Assembly: GCA_000934665.2 (NCBI GenBank)
Contig: JYFJ02004498.1
Location: 1 to 32,151 of the forward strand
Direction of reading: 5' to 3'
DNA from: Catajapyx aquilonaris
Lineage: Eukaryota
Length of the DNA: 32,151 nt
Below the pieces are notes generated by a model. The model was given only the letters and a program-made list of their open reading frames with translations. It searched no databases and was not told the origin of the DNA. Positions 32,036-32,151 of this stretch are shown in pieces. Position numbers and translations under genes: made by a program. The first letter of the stretch is position 1. The number at the start of each line of letters is the position of its first letter.

Positions 32036-32151
32036 CAGGGAGCATATACTACATACTCGCTTTGCGAGGCGGGGGGGCTCCGCCCCCCCACACCCCCCCT
32101 TGGGGCTGCGCCCCAATTGGCGCGCCTTCGGCGCTACGCGTTCCCGGTCGG
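32036..32151. mobile_element. Left end of a second CAGGGAGCAT-terminus element (runs off window)
   Basis: First 20 nt CAGGGAGCATATACTACATA identical to the 29331 MITE TIR, then a different GC-rich interior. Confidence 0.7.

Overview
Eukaryotic (most likely arthropod) intron-containing DNA that looks like an innate-immunity/stress cluster. 1-16.7 kb is a tandem duplication of an ~8-9 kb unit, with a frameshifted ionotropic-receptor 3' fragment at the junction. Each unit carries a minus-strand gene with five coding exons; the ORF track splits it, but it splices in frame into ankyrin repeats - PERK-like eIF2-alpha kinase domain - ankyrin repeats - KWWKFWKKKR tail, with no luminal or transmembrane domain. 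Copy B is full length (1026 aa, DFG->DLG); copy A keeps DFG but has a 2-bp frameshift after the kinase. Divergently oriented at 17.2-23.4 kb are three kinase-less ankyrin genes built from the same phase-0 564-567-nt exon, two with Cys-rich N-termini and two with the same KWWxFW(K/R) tail. 24-32 kb holds three secreted 8-Cys Kazal inhibitors, a 5'-damaged mpaB/rubber-oxygenase-like gene and a c-type lysozyme. Several non-autonomous DNA transposons, a 55-bp satellite and a perfect 63-bp palindrome are interspersed. All gene models were spliced by eye, without transcript or database support.
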